Shown here in pieces: positions 30,963 to 41,298 of a stretch of 64,000 nt of DNA. The stretch is taken from the NCBI GenBank assembly GCA_963662285.2, contig CAXXMV010000006.1, positions 640,001 to 704,000 of the forward strand, read 5' to 3'. Position 1 is the stretch's first letter, and every line of letters starts with the position of its first letter. The stretch comes from a bacterium. Its GTDB lineage: Bacteria > Hinthialibacterota > Hinthialibacteria > Hinthialibacterales > Hinthialibacteraceae. Made by a program: the position numbers and the translations under genes. Under the pieces are notes generated by a model. It searched no databases, was not told where the DNA came from, and saw nothing but the letters and a program-made list of their open reading frames with translations.

Positions 30963-32426
30963 ATGTGTTCTTCAGATGATAAACATAGTGGATGTTGTTC
31001 GCGGCGTACTTTTTTGAATACGGCCGCCGGGGCTTCGGTGGGGGGAGTTTTATTGTCGTCCGGGCTTATAGCCAGCAGCGCCTGGGGTGGTGAGACCATT
31101 AAGCCATGCGGTCCGGCGTCTAAATATACAACTACGCTGAAAGCGGCTTTTGTGCGACGTAAGGAAGAGTATGGCATGTGGTGGCCCGGGCAGGTTTATG
31201 ACGGCAAATCGGCTCTGGAAAACTATAAAGAACAGATCATCAAGACGGCTCAGTCTTTAGGCATGAAACTGGACCTGCGTTCCGAACCGATCTATTCGGA
31301 AGAAGAAGCCGATCAATGGACATCGCAGGCCGCGCAGCAGAAACCTGACGGTCTGCTGTTGGTCATGATGGACCGCCAGCAACATGCATGGCCCACCGCC
31401 CGCAAGACGGCTGAGCTGGGCATCCCGACAGTTATCTTCTCTCCCGTCGGAACGTCGTTTACCACCAACACAGATTATTTCGCCAACCGCAAAGGCGTGT
31501 TCGTAAGTTCGACCTCCGATTTCAGCCAGGCGGCGTTTGGTATGAAAATGATCAAAGCTAACGCCAAACTACGCGAGACGCGCTACATCGTCATCAAAGG
31601 CGAGGAACGCAGAGACGCGCAGATAGCCGGCATCGGAACAAGTTTACGCTACATACCCGCCAACACTTTTGCTGAGATATACAACCAGACTCCAGTGACC
31701 AAGGAAGTCAAGCAAATCGCCAGCGAATACCTGCGCAGAGCAAAGAAGGTACATAAGGCCAGTAAGCAGGATGTGATCAATGGCGTTAAGAGTTATGTCG
31801 TGGCGCGCACCATCCTGGAGCGTGAGGAGGGCGACGCGATCACCATGGATTGCCTGGGGGCGTTGCACGATAAGCCTATCAGCCTGCCCTGCATCTCCTG
31901 GTCGCGTATGCTCGATCATGGCATCCCCGCCGCATGTGAGGCCGATCTGGGCGCCGCGGTTACTCATGCGCTGGTTCAATATCTATTCGACCGCCCGGGA
32001 TTCCAGCAAGACCCGGTGGCCGAGACCTTGGCCGGAGGCTTAATTGGAGCGCATTGCACCTGCCCGACCCGTCTGGAAGGATTCGACCGCCCACCAGAGC
32101 CGTTCCATATCGCCCATCATCACGGCAACCGTGATGCGGTTCCCATCCCCCGTTGGAAACCGGGACAAAGAGTTACGGTAGCCGATGTGGAGTTGAACGC
32201 CGAAGAAGGTAAACCGCACCGCATGATAATATCAGCGGGTGAAGTAATGAAGAATATATCAGTCCCCCCGGCAGGTGGATGCGTGGTTTCGGTGCTGATT
32301 AAACTGGATGGTGTAGAGCAATATCTGGATTACCCCGGATTTCATCAAATATTCTTCTACGGCGATTACAAGAAAGAACTACAATGGTATTGCAATCTAT
32401 TCGGCATCGAACCAGTGGTTATTTGA
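30963..32426 (+). CDS. Tat-signal protein with L-fucose-isomerase-like C-terminal region
   Basis: SRRTFL; DAITMDCL, GIPAACEADL, GAHCTCP, GFHQ..FYGDY. Confidence 0.65.
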   Translation: MCSSDDKHSGCCSRRTFLNTAAGASVGGVLLSSGLIASSAWGGETIKPCGPASKYTTTLKAAFVRRKEEYGMWWPGQVYDGKSALENYKEQIIKTAQSLGMKLDLRSEPIYSEEEADQWTSQAAQQKPDGLLLVMMDRQQHAWPTARKTAELGIPTVIFSPVGTSFTTNTDYFANRKGVFVSSTSDFSQAAFGMKMIKANAKLRETRYIVIKGEERRDAQIAGIGTSLRYIPANTFAEIYNQTPVTKEVKQIASEYLRRAKKVHKASKQDVINGVKSYVVARTILEREEGDAITMDCLGALHDKPISLPCISWSRMLDHGIPAACEADLGAAVTHALVQYLFDRPGFQQDPVAETLAGGLIGAHCTCPTRLEGFDRPPEPFHIAHHHGNRDAVPIPRWKPGQRVTVADVELNAEEGKPHRMIISAGEVMKNISVPPAGGCVVSVLIKLDGVEQYLDYPGFHQIFFYGDYKKELQWYCNLFGIEPVVI

Positions 32427-32437
32427 GGAGAAAAATC

Positions 32438-33166
32438 ATGAACTTACGCAATTGGTTAATAATGGGTTTAGTTATACTGGTGGGATTATTCGGAATCGCA
32501 GAGGGATTATCCCAAAATACAAACCAGGAAGACTCTGTAGAAAAAGCATTAAAAATGCTTCGCGATGGAAACCATAGATTTGTCAGTGGAAACAGAACCT
32601 TCCCCCATTTGGATAAAGCGCGTCTTAAAGAATTATTGAGCGGGCAGCATCCCTATGCGACAGTAATAACCTGTTCAGATTCACGCGTTGCGCCAGAACA
32701 CATTTTCGATACAGGTTTAGGCGACATCTTTACTATACGAGTGGCCGGGAATGTATGCGATACCGATGAGGTTGGCTCTATTGAATATGGAGTCGATCAT
32801 CTAGGTACGCCAATCCTGGTCGTGATGGGACATACATCTTGCGGGGCAGTTACGGCGGTTGCGACTAAGGCGGAATTGCATGGCAGTATCCCGGCGTTAG
32901 TAGATAATATAAAACCAGCCATAGAAAAAGTTCAAAGCGAACATCCCAATTTACATGGAAATGATCTTGTCAGCGCAGCGATAAAAGCCAATGTCTGGCA
33001 ATCAATAGACGATTTACTCAAAACCAGCCACGCCACGAGAGAACGGATTAAAGACGGTCGATTGAAAGTTATCGGCGCCATCTATCATCTCGAAGATGGT
33101 AAAGTGGACTGGCTGGGTATTCACCCTCAACAAACAAAACTACTAAAACGCTCATCGGATCACTAA
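32438..33166 (+). CDS. Beta-class carbonic anhydrase with signal peptide
   Basis: GNHRF, GQHP, CSDSRV, RVAGN, GHTSCGAV; ATG after GAGGAG. Confidence 0.93.
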   Translation: MNLRNWLIMGLVILVGLFGIAEGLSQNTNQEDSVEKALKMLRDGNHRFVSGNRTFPHLDKARLKELLSGQHPYATVITCSDSRVAPEHIFDTGLGDIFTIRVAGNVCDTDEVGSIEYGVDHLGTPILVVMGHTSCGAVTAVATKAELHGSIPALVDNIKPAIEKVQSEHPNLHGNDLVSAAIKANVWQSIDDLLKTSHATRERIKDGRLKVIGAIYHLEDGKVDWLGIHPQQTKLLKRSSDH

Positions 33167-33331
33167 GTCCTCTCCCCCTCCAGAAAAGGGCTAAGACAAT
33201 GTCATTAAGTTAACCGTGTTGTCCCCTCTCCCGCTGGGGTTGTAAAGGCCTGGGACATGGGTAACAGGTGTTCGGGGACATAGGTAACACATTCCCTGAG
33301 TGTATTCTAGCCTTGAAAGGAGGCGAAGAAT

Positions 33332-34498
33332 ATGCCCTGGAACGAGGTGGACCTTATGTCTCTGAGAAAAGAATTCGTATTGTTGAGCCAGCAAGAAGAA
33401 AGCAACATCAGCCAATTATGTAAACGGTTTGATATCAGCCGTAAGACGGGTTACAAATGGATCAAACGGTACAAAGAAGGAGGAGGCGAAAATCTCCAAG
33501 ACCGTTCCAAAAAACCCAATACTTGCCCTCATCAAACAGATAAGTCTATCGAGCAAGCCATTACAGAAAATCGCGAAAAAGGATGGGGAGGACGCAAAAT
33601 TCGCTCTCGTCTGATTCAATTGGGATACGAAAATGTTCCTAGCGCCAGCACTATTACTGCCGTGTTACGCCGACTGGGATTGCTGGATGAAAAGGAAAGT
33701 CACAAGCACAAAGCCTATAAGCGTTTTGAAAAAGATACGCCCAACGAATTGTGGCAAATGGATTTCAAAGGAGATTTTCCCACGCTCAAAGCACGCTGTT
33801 ATCCGCTCAGCATTCTGGATGATTGCACGCGCTTTGTTCCCGGATTATTTTCGTGCGCCAATCAGCAAAGGGAAACCGTGCAAGACTCCCTGGAAAGCGT
33901 GTTCAGGATGTATGGTATGCCTCGGGCGATGTTGATGGATAACGGAAGTCCGTGGGGAGGATGCAAAACCTGCGAATACACCAGATTGACAATATGGCTG
34001 ATACGATTGGGTATTCGCGTGTATCACGGTCGCCCCTACCATCCGCAAACCCAAGGCAAGGTCGAGCGATTTCACCGGACCTTTAAGCAAGAATTGCTGA
34101 TAAGGGAATCGTTTGTGGATTTGGAATATTGCCAAAGGCGGTTTGATGAGTGGCGTTATGAATACAATTTTGAGCGTCCTCACGAAGCCCTGGATATGGA
34201 TGTCCCGGCTAACCATTATACGTCCAGTCCTTTTGTTTATCCGGGAAGTTTGCCGGATATCGAGTACGCGCCGGGCAGCATTATCAGGAAGGTGCAACAA
34301 GGAGGTCGGGTGGCGTACCGTGGTGAAGATTACCGGGTGAGCCGCGCCCTGGTAGGATGCCCGGTTGCCTTGAAACCCGCTATGACCGATGGGATGATGG
34401 ACGTATATTTTTGCCGACAAAAAATCAAGACGCTCGATCTGCGTTTGAATGAAATCAAAGAAGATAACTTGGCAATCCAGAAAAAGGCGTCACAATAG
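33332..34498 (+). CDS. IS481-family transposase
   Basis: Same as 14100-15266 except EGGVEN to EGGGEN. Confidence 0.95.
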   Translation: MPWNEVDLMSLRKEFVLLSQQEESNISQLCKRFDISRKTGYKWIKRYKEGGGENLQDRSKKPNTCPHQTDKSIEQAITENREKGWGGRKIRSRLIQLGYENVPSASTITAVLRRLGLLDEKESHKHKAYKRFEKDTPNELWQMDFKGDFPTLKARCYPLSILDDCTRFVPGLFSCANQQRETVQDSLESVFRMYGMPRAMLMDNGSPWGGCKTCEYTRLTIWLIRLGIRVYHGRPYHPQTQGKVERFHRTFKQELLIRESFVDLEYCQRRFDEWRYEYNFERPHEALDMDVPANHYTSSPFVYPGSLPDIEYAPGSIIRKVQQGGRVAYRGEDYRVSRALVGCPVALKPAMTDGMMDVYFCRQKIKTLDLRLNEIKEDNLAIQKKASQ

Positions 34499-34499
34499 A

Positions 34500-34658
34500 A
34501 ATTGGTTGGGCGAAACGGAAGCGGGCGCTGCAGGAGTGCAACCCGCCAGGGATAGCCGATCCGAGGTGCGAGGGATAATGCAGGAGGTGAAATATTCACC
34601 TCCTCCCTCTAAGCCAACCAATTATCCTGAGCATCTCTAGATGCCTAAAAAAAAACTC
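34500..34658 (+). ncRNA. Candidate structured ncRNA, copy of 15268-15426
   Basis: Same sequence within the duplicated IS. Confidence 0.6.
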
Positions 34659-34811
34659 AAACAATAACCTGGGATAAATCCCGGTTTTGATAAAAAACTG
34701 TAACCCATGTCCCCGAACATGTGTTACCCATCTACCCGGTCTGTACAGGGGTTAGGGTGAGGGGGATATACAAAAACAACATAACTTAATAACATTAGAA
34801 ATAGGTGATGT

Positions 34812-35410
34812 ATGAAAAGAAATTCAGGCTTCACTCTAATCGAATTATTAATTGTTGTAGCAATCATCGGGATACTGGCGGCAATCGCCGTGCCCAATTT
34901 TCTCAACGCTCAGACGCGGGCGCGCGTGGCTCGGGTAATGGGCGATCACAAAGCCCTCGGAACCGCCTTGGAGATGTATTCACTGGATAACAATAATTTT
35001 CCATGGCCCATCGGAAACGGGCAAGGTCATTCGTCCTACTCGGTCTATATCGAATACCTTCACGAATTAACCACTCCCACTCCATATATAGCCAGCGTAT
35101 CCTACACCGATATCTTCAAACCCCAGCGTGAAAAAACCAACTGGTATCCGGATGACACGGTATTCAGTTATCAATATGTAAGTTACAACGGCAGTTGGGC
35201 GCGGTTGTCCAATGTATCTGCCGCCATGAATGGCACCCCGGTTACTGCATCTCCAGTTATGGTCCGGATCATGGCGCCAACGGGGTGGAATGGCATCCTA
35301 TCACCGGAGATTCCATCTCCCTTTACACATCCAGCAACGGCCTGGTCAGCAGCGGCGACATAGGCCGTTTTGGAGGATCAGTTAAATCACGCACCATCCT
35401 GGGTGGATAA
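34812..35410 (+). CDS. Prepilin-type (type IV pilin/T2SS pseudopilin-like) protein, frameshifted near 35236-35239
   Basis: GFTLIELLIVVAIIGILAAIAVPNF; one extra C in a C4 run joins it to GYCISSYGPD...SNGLVSSGDI. Confidence 0.8.
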
Positions 35411-35510
35411 CCAACCAGTTCTTTCGCTAATCCAAGTAGACTCTCCCGCAATTTTTTGAGATAATCGAACTATTCGATTTATTATGCTATTTCTTATTGC
35501 AGGAGAAATC

Positions 35511-37604
35511 ATGGTCCGGCGAACATCTACTCATTTAATACTTCTGTTTTGCGGCTTCGTTGCATTCTCTTTCCTACTGGATATCCCTTGCTCAGCGCAG
35601 GAAACCGCTAATCCCATCATCTTCGGCGCCACTGTTGATTGGGGCTTGAAGCCGGAATTCGGGCCGAAGGTAGGAGAATATAAAGTTTCAGACCGAGTGA
35701 CTGTATCTGGCAGTGATGATAACCTTATTTACGATGTCTATGGGAATGGGGATAGCTTGGCCTATGCAAAAATATCAGAAGTCGAGTTCTTAACTCCAGA
35801 AACAAAAATCCTAGCAGAGCGAAAACTTGCGCCTACAGGTTATTCAGAAGATATCGATGTGTTTATAGAAGTCACGAACATATCATCATCTGCCAAAACA
35901 GTGAATATTATCGAACAACCTCCTGCTCGATATTCATTAAATAAGATCAGCCATAATGGAATAGTAGAAAACGGAAGCATTCTCTGGAATGTAAATCTTG
36001 ATCCGGGAACTACAATCTTACACTATACAGCTTATCCGTTTTCTTCTGATATTCGCAACGCAACGTTTCATGGCTCAATTGGATCTGATTCGATTTTGGG
36101 ACAAAACCAAACAATCAATTATAGAATTTACATAAGCAGTTTTAACTTCATGGTTTTTACAGGAATACCACTAGTCTTATTTCTGATTCATTTCTGTTTA
36201 TTCTTGTTTTATCCCCGCTTAAAAGAACATCTTTACTATGCTTTATTTCTCCTTTTCTCCGCAACAACTCACTATTTTTGTTTCAAATATCCCTTCATTG
36301 GTACTCATTCATACGAGGCAACCGCAAGATTTTACATTACACTTTTTTTTAACAGTCTACAATTTGTGATGCTTTTAATATTTTTTCATAAACATGTATT
36401 TCAAAAACTGACTTGGTATATCTGGATATTAATTATTCTCTTTATTTCAAAAGCATTATTCTATGCTTTAGCTCTCTGTATGCTGGTACATTTCCCCGAT
36501 CACGACTTTTCATATATAGTAAATTCTCCATTTTCTCTAGTGTTTACGAGTTATTATGCTTCTTTTCTTGTTCACATTGTGCTTGTTAGAGTACTTTTTT
36601 ATGTGTTATACAAGAAATTATCTGGAAGCCTATTTATCGCAATCGGTCTTTTTTTATGGTCCATAATAAACCTATGGGGATTTCTTAATTATTATCTAGA
36701 TTTTCCTGCTCCACCAATCAAATACCCTGAAATGGGAGGAATAGCGAACATACTGCTTCTGTTATCCATGTCAATATATTTGGCCTATCGCTTCGCCAAG
36801 ACGCAAGAAGAATTAGAAATCTTAAACGTTGAACTCGAAGACCGGGTTGAGCAGCGCACCCAGGACCTCAACACCATGAACACGGAACTTCAAGAAGCCA
36901 ACGCGCAATTAATTCAATTAGACCAAATGAAAACCCAATTCGTCTCCCAGGCTTCCCATGATCTACGCACCCCTCTTACCGCTATCAAAGGCAGCCTGGA
37001 TAACCTGCTGATGGGCATCGCAGGCGCTCTTAACGAAAAGCAGCAGAAGGTTATGACCCGCGCTACTTCATCAGTCGACCGCCTGACTAACCTGATCAAC
37101 GACGTCCTAGATCTAAACCGCATCGAGACCGGCCGCATAGTTCTAGAAAAAACCAATATCCCCTTCAAAACGCTGGTAGAAAATATTATTAATGAAAACA
37201 GTCCTGCGGCTGAGCAAAAGTGGATCACGCTTAATGCAAATCTTAGAGAAGAAATCAACCTTCACATTGATGGCGGCAAGATTGAGCGGGTGGTGGGAGA
37301 ATTGATATCTAACGCTATTAAGTACACCCCGGATGACGGTACAGTTGAAGTTGATATGTCCTGTGATGATGATATGCTTTCGCTATCGGTGAAGGATTCC
37401 GGTATTGGAATGACTCCAGAGGAATGCGCCAAAATCTGGGAGCGCTTCTACCGGACATCGGCATCACAAAAATTCGCCAAAGGTTCGGGGCTGGGGCTTT
37501 CGATTGCTAAAGAGTTGGTTGAGTTGCATGAGGGAACGCTTACAGTGGAAAGCGCGCAGGGTTTAGGAACCAAGTTTACTTTATCATTACCGCTAAATTG
37601 TTGA
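35511..37604 (+). CDS. Membrane sensor histidine kinase (extracellular domain, multi-TM region, HisKA, HATPase)
   Basis: SHDLRTPLT, ISNAIKYT, DSGIGM, GSGLGLSI. Confidence 0.9.
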   Translation: MVRRTSTHLILLFCGFVAFSFLLDIPCSAQETANPIIFGATVDWGLKPEFGPKVGEYKVSDRVTVSGSDDNLIYDVYGNGDSLAYAKISEVEFLTPETKILAERKLAPTGYSEDIDVFIEVTNISSSAKTVNIIEQPPARYSLNKISHNGIVENGSILWNVNLDPGTTILHYTAYPFSSDIRNATFHGSIGSDSILGQNQTINYRIYISSFNFMVFTGIPLVLFLIHFCLFLFYPRLKEHLYYALFLLFSATTHYFCFKYPFIGTHSYEATARFYITLFFNSLQFVMLLIFFHKHVFQKLTWYIWILIILFISKALFYALALCMLVHFPDHDFSYIVNSPFSLVFTSYYASFLVHIVLVRVLFYVLYKKLSGSLFIAIGLFLWSIINLWGFLNYYLDFPAPPIKYPEMGGIANILLLLSMSIYLAYRFAKTQEELEILNVELEDRVEQRTQDLNTMNTELQEANAQLIQLDQMKTQFVSQASHDLRTPLTAIKGSLDNLLMGIAGALNEKQQKVMTRATSSVDRLTNLINDVLDLNRIETGRIVLEKTNIPFKTLVENIINENSPAAEQKWITLNANLREEINLHIDGGKIERVVGELISNAIKYTPDDGTVEVDMSCDDDMLSLSVKDSGIGMTPEECAKIWERFYRTSASQKFAKGSGLGLSIAKELVELHEGTLTVESAQGLGTKFTLSLPLNC

Positions 37605-37677
37605 CACGGTCCTGTTGTTATCTGACTTGTTCTTATGAAGTGATAAGTAAAATAAATTTTTACAGGAGGAAAGTTTC

Positions 37678-38898
37678 ATGAAAGTTGGAGTTGGATATTG
37701 TAATAAACAAGATGCTTTTGATTCTGGCAGAACAGTGGCGAGTGAAGCCATTCGTAGTGGTAATATAAATAAACCTGATATTGCCATAGCTTTTTGCAGC
37801 GGACAATTGAACCATGAAGAATTTTTGCAAGGCATCAAAGATACTGTCGAGGATACACCTGTAATTGGGGGTTCAACAATTGGAATTATTACTAATGATT
37901 ATTTATCATATGAAGACTACCCTTCAGGCGTCGCGATATTTCAATTAGATGACGTAAAATGTCAAATTGCCGTGTCTCACGGTCTAGATAAAGATGAAAA
38001 GTTAGCAGGATGTAATCTAACAAGGGAATTATCCAGAACACCAGAGGACAGACTTCTGCTTATGTTCTATGATTCAATAAAAGTTACCACATCCCCTGCA
38101 TCTCCTCCTGTTATGAATGCTTCTCCTCCACTAATTGAAGGAATTGAATCAATACTCCAATCAAATGCACCAATCATCGGCGCAGGATTAATCGGGGATT
38201 ATCAATTTAGTAATACAAAACAATTCTGTGGTTCTAATGTATTAGAGCAGAGTGTTGTTGGTGCGCTTCTTTCAGGTTCTGTTAATGTTTATCATAGTGT
38301 AATGCACGGGTGCTCTCCTATTGATGGTATATATCATAAAATAACCAAAATGCAAGACTCCGTTATCTATGAACTGGATGGAAAACCAATTGTAGAGATA
38401 ATTGATCAAATATATGGAGATCAAAGATGGAGAGAACAACGCCCTCTCAATCTTTTGACAATTGGAGTAAATTATGGTGAGAGATTTCAACATCAAGAAG
38501 ACGCTTATGTTAATAGATTGATTACAGGAATTCTTCCAGATTGCAGCGGCATTGGGATATTTGAGTCTGATCTTGAACAAGGCATGGAAATCCAGTTTAT
38601 GTTGAGAGACGGTAATCAAATGATTGAATCTGCCAGGAAAAATTCTGAAAGCTTAATGAAGAAGATTAACGATGAAGGGAAAATACCTGTTTTTGGTTTA
38701 TATATTGATTGCGCAGGAAGAGCGGCAGAGTGCTCAAATACAGAATCAGAAGAAGCAGCGGAAGTTCAACAAGTAATGAATAAATACGTAACTCCTTTGT
38801 TAGGTTTTTATTCTGGCGTTGAAGTTGCTCCTATTCTCGGAAAGAGCAAGGGGCTTGATTGGACAGGCGTCTTATTAGTTTTATCTAAGGACAAGTAA
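37678..38898 (+). CDS. FIST N/C domain sensory protein
   Basis: PVIGGSTIG, HGCSPI, VIYELDGKP, IDCAGR, PLLGFYSGVE. Confidence 0.85.
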   Translation: MKVGVGYCNKQDAFDSGRTVASEAIRSGNINKPDIAIAFCSGQLNHEEFLQGIKDTVEDTPVIGGSTIGIITNDYLSYEDYPSGVAIFQLDDVKCQIAVSHGLDKDEKLAGCNLTRELSRTPEDRLLLMFYDSIKVTTSPASPPVMNASPPLIEGIESILQSNAPIIGAGLIGDYQFSNTKQFCGSNVLEQSVVGALLSGSVNVYHSVMHGCSPIDGIYHKITKMQDSVIYELDGKPIVEIIDQIYGDQRWREQRPLNLLTIGVNYGERFQHQEDAYVNRLITGILPDCSGIGIFESDLEQGMEIQFMLRDGNQMIESARKNSESLMKKINDEGKIPVFGLYIDCAGRAAECSNTESEEAAEVQQVMNKYVTPLLGFYSGVEVAPILGKSKGLDWTGVLLVLSKDK

Positions 38899-38899
38899 A

Positions 38900-40600
38900 A
38901 TGGATGAAAAAGACGATTTAGCAAAAGAATTAAAAAAAAGATGCACAGAGTTAGAAAATAAGGCGGAATATTACCAAGGTATTGCAGAAAAAGCTGGACA
39001 AAAACGTTTAAGAGAAGTTGAACAATTAAACAGACTTATATCTGACCACAAGAAATCAGAAAAGGCGTTGCGGGAGAGTGAGCAGCATTTTAGACTTATT
39101 GCTCAATCAACCAATGACATTTTCTACGAGTGGGATATTGAGAGTGGAGAATTGAACTGGTTTGGTGAAATTGATATCGTATTGGGTTATGAGGCTGGAG
39201 AAATCCAACATACCCTGGAGGATTGGTTACGTTTAATTCATCCAGAAGATAGACCCCTACTTGATGACGCCGTTTTACTACACAAGGAATCAACAAAACC
39301 TATAGATTATATATACCGGGTAATGTGTAAAGATGGCTCAATAAGATTTTGGAACGATATTGGTTCTCCTATTTTGGATCAGGAAGGTAAACCAAAGAAA
39401 TGGATTGGCGGCATTTCTGATATCACCGAACGAAAAAGATCAGAAGAATTCTTAAGGCAAAAAACTATAATGGAAGCAGTAGGTTCCTTGGCAGGAGGAA
39501 TTGCACATGATTTCAAAAACATCCTTGCTGGGATATTAGGATATACTGAACTTCTTCAGATGGATTTAAGTAGTAGTAATTTCTCTCCTAAACGGATAGA
39601 GTCACGATTAGATAAGATTCTTACTGCAGGCAATCGTGCTAAAGAATTAACCTCTCAACTATTGGGATTTTCAAGACAGGGACAATATAGCCCCAAAAAC
39701 ATTGATCCAAATCTAATTGTTTCTGAAGCATATGGATTAGTAGAGCGGTTGGCGAATGTTGAAGGGCAACAACTGTCTTTTTCTGGAAATGCAGCATCTT
39801 ATATTTACGCTGATCAAACACAATTTTATCAAGTCATTCAAAATATTATGATCAATGCAATATATGCAGGCAGCATAGGTAATAAGGTTAGTGTTACCAC
39901 GGAAGATGTTGCTGTTAAGAAACTTATATCTACAACAATGGGAAACATTCCTGAAGGACAATATGTTAAATTGACTATCAATGACAATGGGACAGGTATT
40001 GAAGAAAAAGTTCTTCCGAGAATATTTGAACCTTTCTTTACTACAAAAGAAAAAGGCAAAGGAACAGGAATGGGGCTTGCAATGGTTTATGGAATTGTTA
40101 AAAATCATAATGGTTACATCTCTGTTGAAACAGATACATCACCAGAAAACCATGGAACTACTTTTAGTGTATATTTCCCTGCTGTAGAAAAAAGAGAAAT
40201 TGAAAAAAATGAATATAATGGAAATATTACAGGAACTGGAAAAATACTTATTATCGATGATGAACTTTCCATAAGAGAGATGGTTCAAGATGCTTTAGAA
40301 ATGAAAGGTTATGAAGTTGTTACAGCTGCTGAAGGCCAAGAGGGACTTGAAAAATTTAGAAGTGGTAGTTTTGATGTTGTAATTACTGATTTGATTATGC
40401 CGCTTGGAATGGATGGTATTGAATTATGCAGAGAAGTCAGAGAACTTGATCCCAACGTTCCTATCTATGCAATGAGTGGATATCATCAAGATAAAAGTGT
40501 TCAGCAAATGCTTAGTAAAGGCGCTACTGGTTTTATAGGAAAACCTTTTAAGTTGGAAGAATTATATCAAATAATAAGTTCTGCATTAGCCCTCAAATGA
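38900..40600 (+). CDS. Hybrid PAS histidine kinase/response regulator
   Basis: PAS (IHPED, DITERK), LAGGIAHDFKN, FEPFFTTK, C-terminal REC. Confidence 0.92.
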   Translation: MDEKDDLAKELKKRCTELENKAEYYQGIAEKAGQKRLREVEQLNRLISDHKKSEKALRESEQHFRLIAQSTNDIFYEWDIESGELNWFGEIDIVLGYEAGEIQHTLEDWLRLIHPEDRPLLDDAVLLHKESTKPIDYIYRVMCKDGSIRFWNDIGSPILDQEGKPKKWIGGISDITERKRSEEFLRQKTIMEAVGSLAGGIAHDFKNILAGILGYTELLQMDLSSSNFSPKRIESRLDKILTAGNRAKELTSQLLGFSRQGQYSPKNIDPNLIVSEAYGLVERLANVEGQQLSFSGNAASYIYADQTQFYQVIQNIMINAIYAGSIGNKVSVTTEDVAVKKLISTTMGNIPEGQYVKLTINDNGTGIEEKVLPRIFEPFFTTKEKGKGTGMGLAMVYGIVKNHNGYISVETDTSPENHGTTFSVYFPAVEKREIEKNEYNGNITGTGKILIIDDELSIREMVQDALEMKGYEVVTAAEGQEGLEKFRSGSFDVVITDLIMPLGMDGIELCREVRELDPNVPIYAMSGYHQDKSVQQMLSKGATGFIGKPFKLEELYQIISSALALK

Positions 40601-40828
40601 TTTTGATTTAATTAAATTCTCTGTTGGTCATCCTGATGGATATCACTTGGGTAATAAAATAATTCTGGCTTTGTATAAGATACAGTAATCCAATTCAGAA
40701 GATGTAATAGGAAACAGAACGATGTCCGTTCCACTTTGATTTCGTAGAGGAGCGTTAGAAAAATCTAATTCAAATCATGTCTTGTATATTTGCATTGCTA
40801 GTGCATAATTACAAGATAGGAGATTGCG

Positions 40829-41143
40829 ATGTCAGGATATATTCAACGCTCACTGGAAGATGTGCTGAAACGTTCAATCAAAGAATTTCCCGCTGTCGTT
40901 TTAACCGGACCACGCCAATCGGGTAAAACAACACTCCTGAAACATCTTCTTCTCAAAAAATTCAAATATGTTTCTTTAGAACCGCCTGATGTGAGAAATG
41001 CTGCCATCGCGGACCCGCGAGGTTTTTTAGATTTATATCAACCGCCAGTAATCTTTGATGAAATTCAGAACGCTCCCGATTTACTTTTCTATATTAAGGA
41101 ACATATCGATAATAACCGAAATAAATGCGGGAAGGCTTCATAG
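40829..41143 (+). pseudogene. Truncated AAA_14/DUF4143-type ATPase (N-terminal part)
   Basis: YIQRSL, LTGPRQSGKTTL, IFDEIQNAP; ends before the expected LTGSQ motif. Confidence 0.8.
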
Positions 41144-41282
41144 GCTGCACCATGCTAAAAAAGACGTAATTATTTACGATTATGTTGATTCGGAGATCCC
41201 CATGTTAACCAGAATGAGTGAAAAGAGAATACGAGGTTACCGAAGCCTTGGATATGAAATAATGACTAAAACGAATTCATGA
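41125..41282 (+). pseudogene. C-terminal remnant of a superfamily 2 (DEAD/DEAH-type) helicase
   Basis: AGRLHRLHHAKKDVIIYDYVDSEIPMLTRMSEKRIRGYRSLGY (motif VI plus C-terminus). Confidence 0.7.
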
Positions 41283-41298
41283 TAAGAATGAGCGAACA

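Larger units (their letters stand above)
33241..34747 (+). mobile_element. IS481-family element, copy 2 (1507 bp), inserted in a family B repeat
   Basis: Near-identical to 14009-15515; 5-bp direct repeat GGGGT on both flanks. Confidence 0.93.

Noticed and set aside
14009-34747. Composite transposon
   Set aside because: Each IS has its own target duplication (GGGAG versus GGGGT), indicating independent insertions
34812-35410. Phase variation or programmed frameshifting of pilins
   Set aside because: Runs are only 4 nt and the same one-base loss affects unrelated genes; sequencing error is more likely
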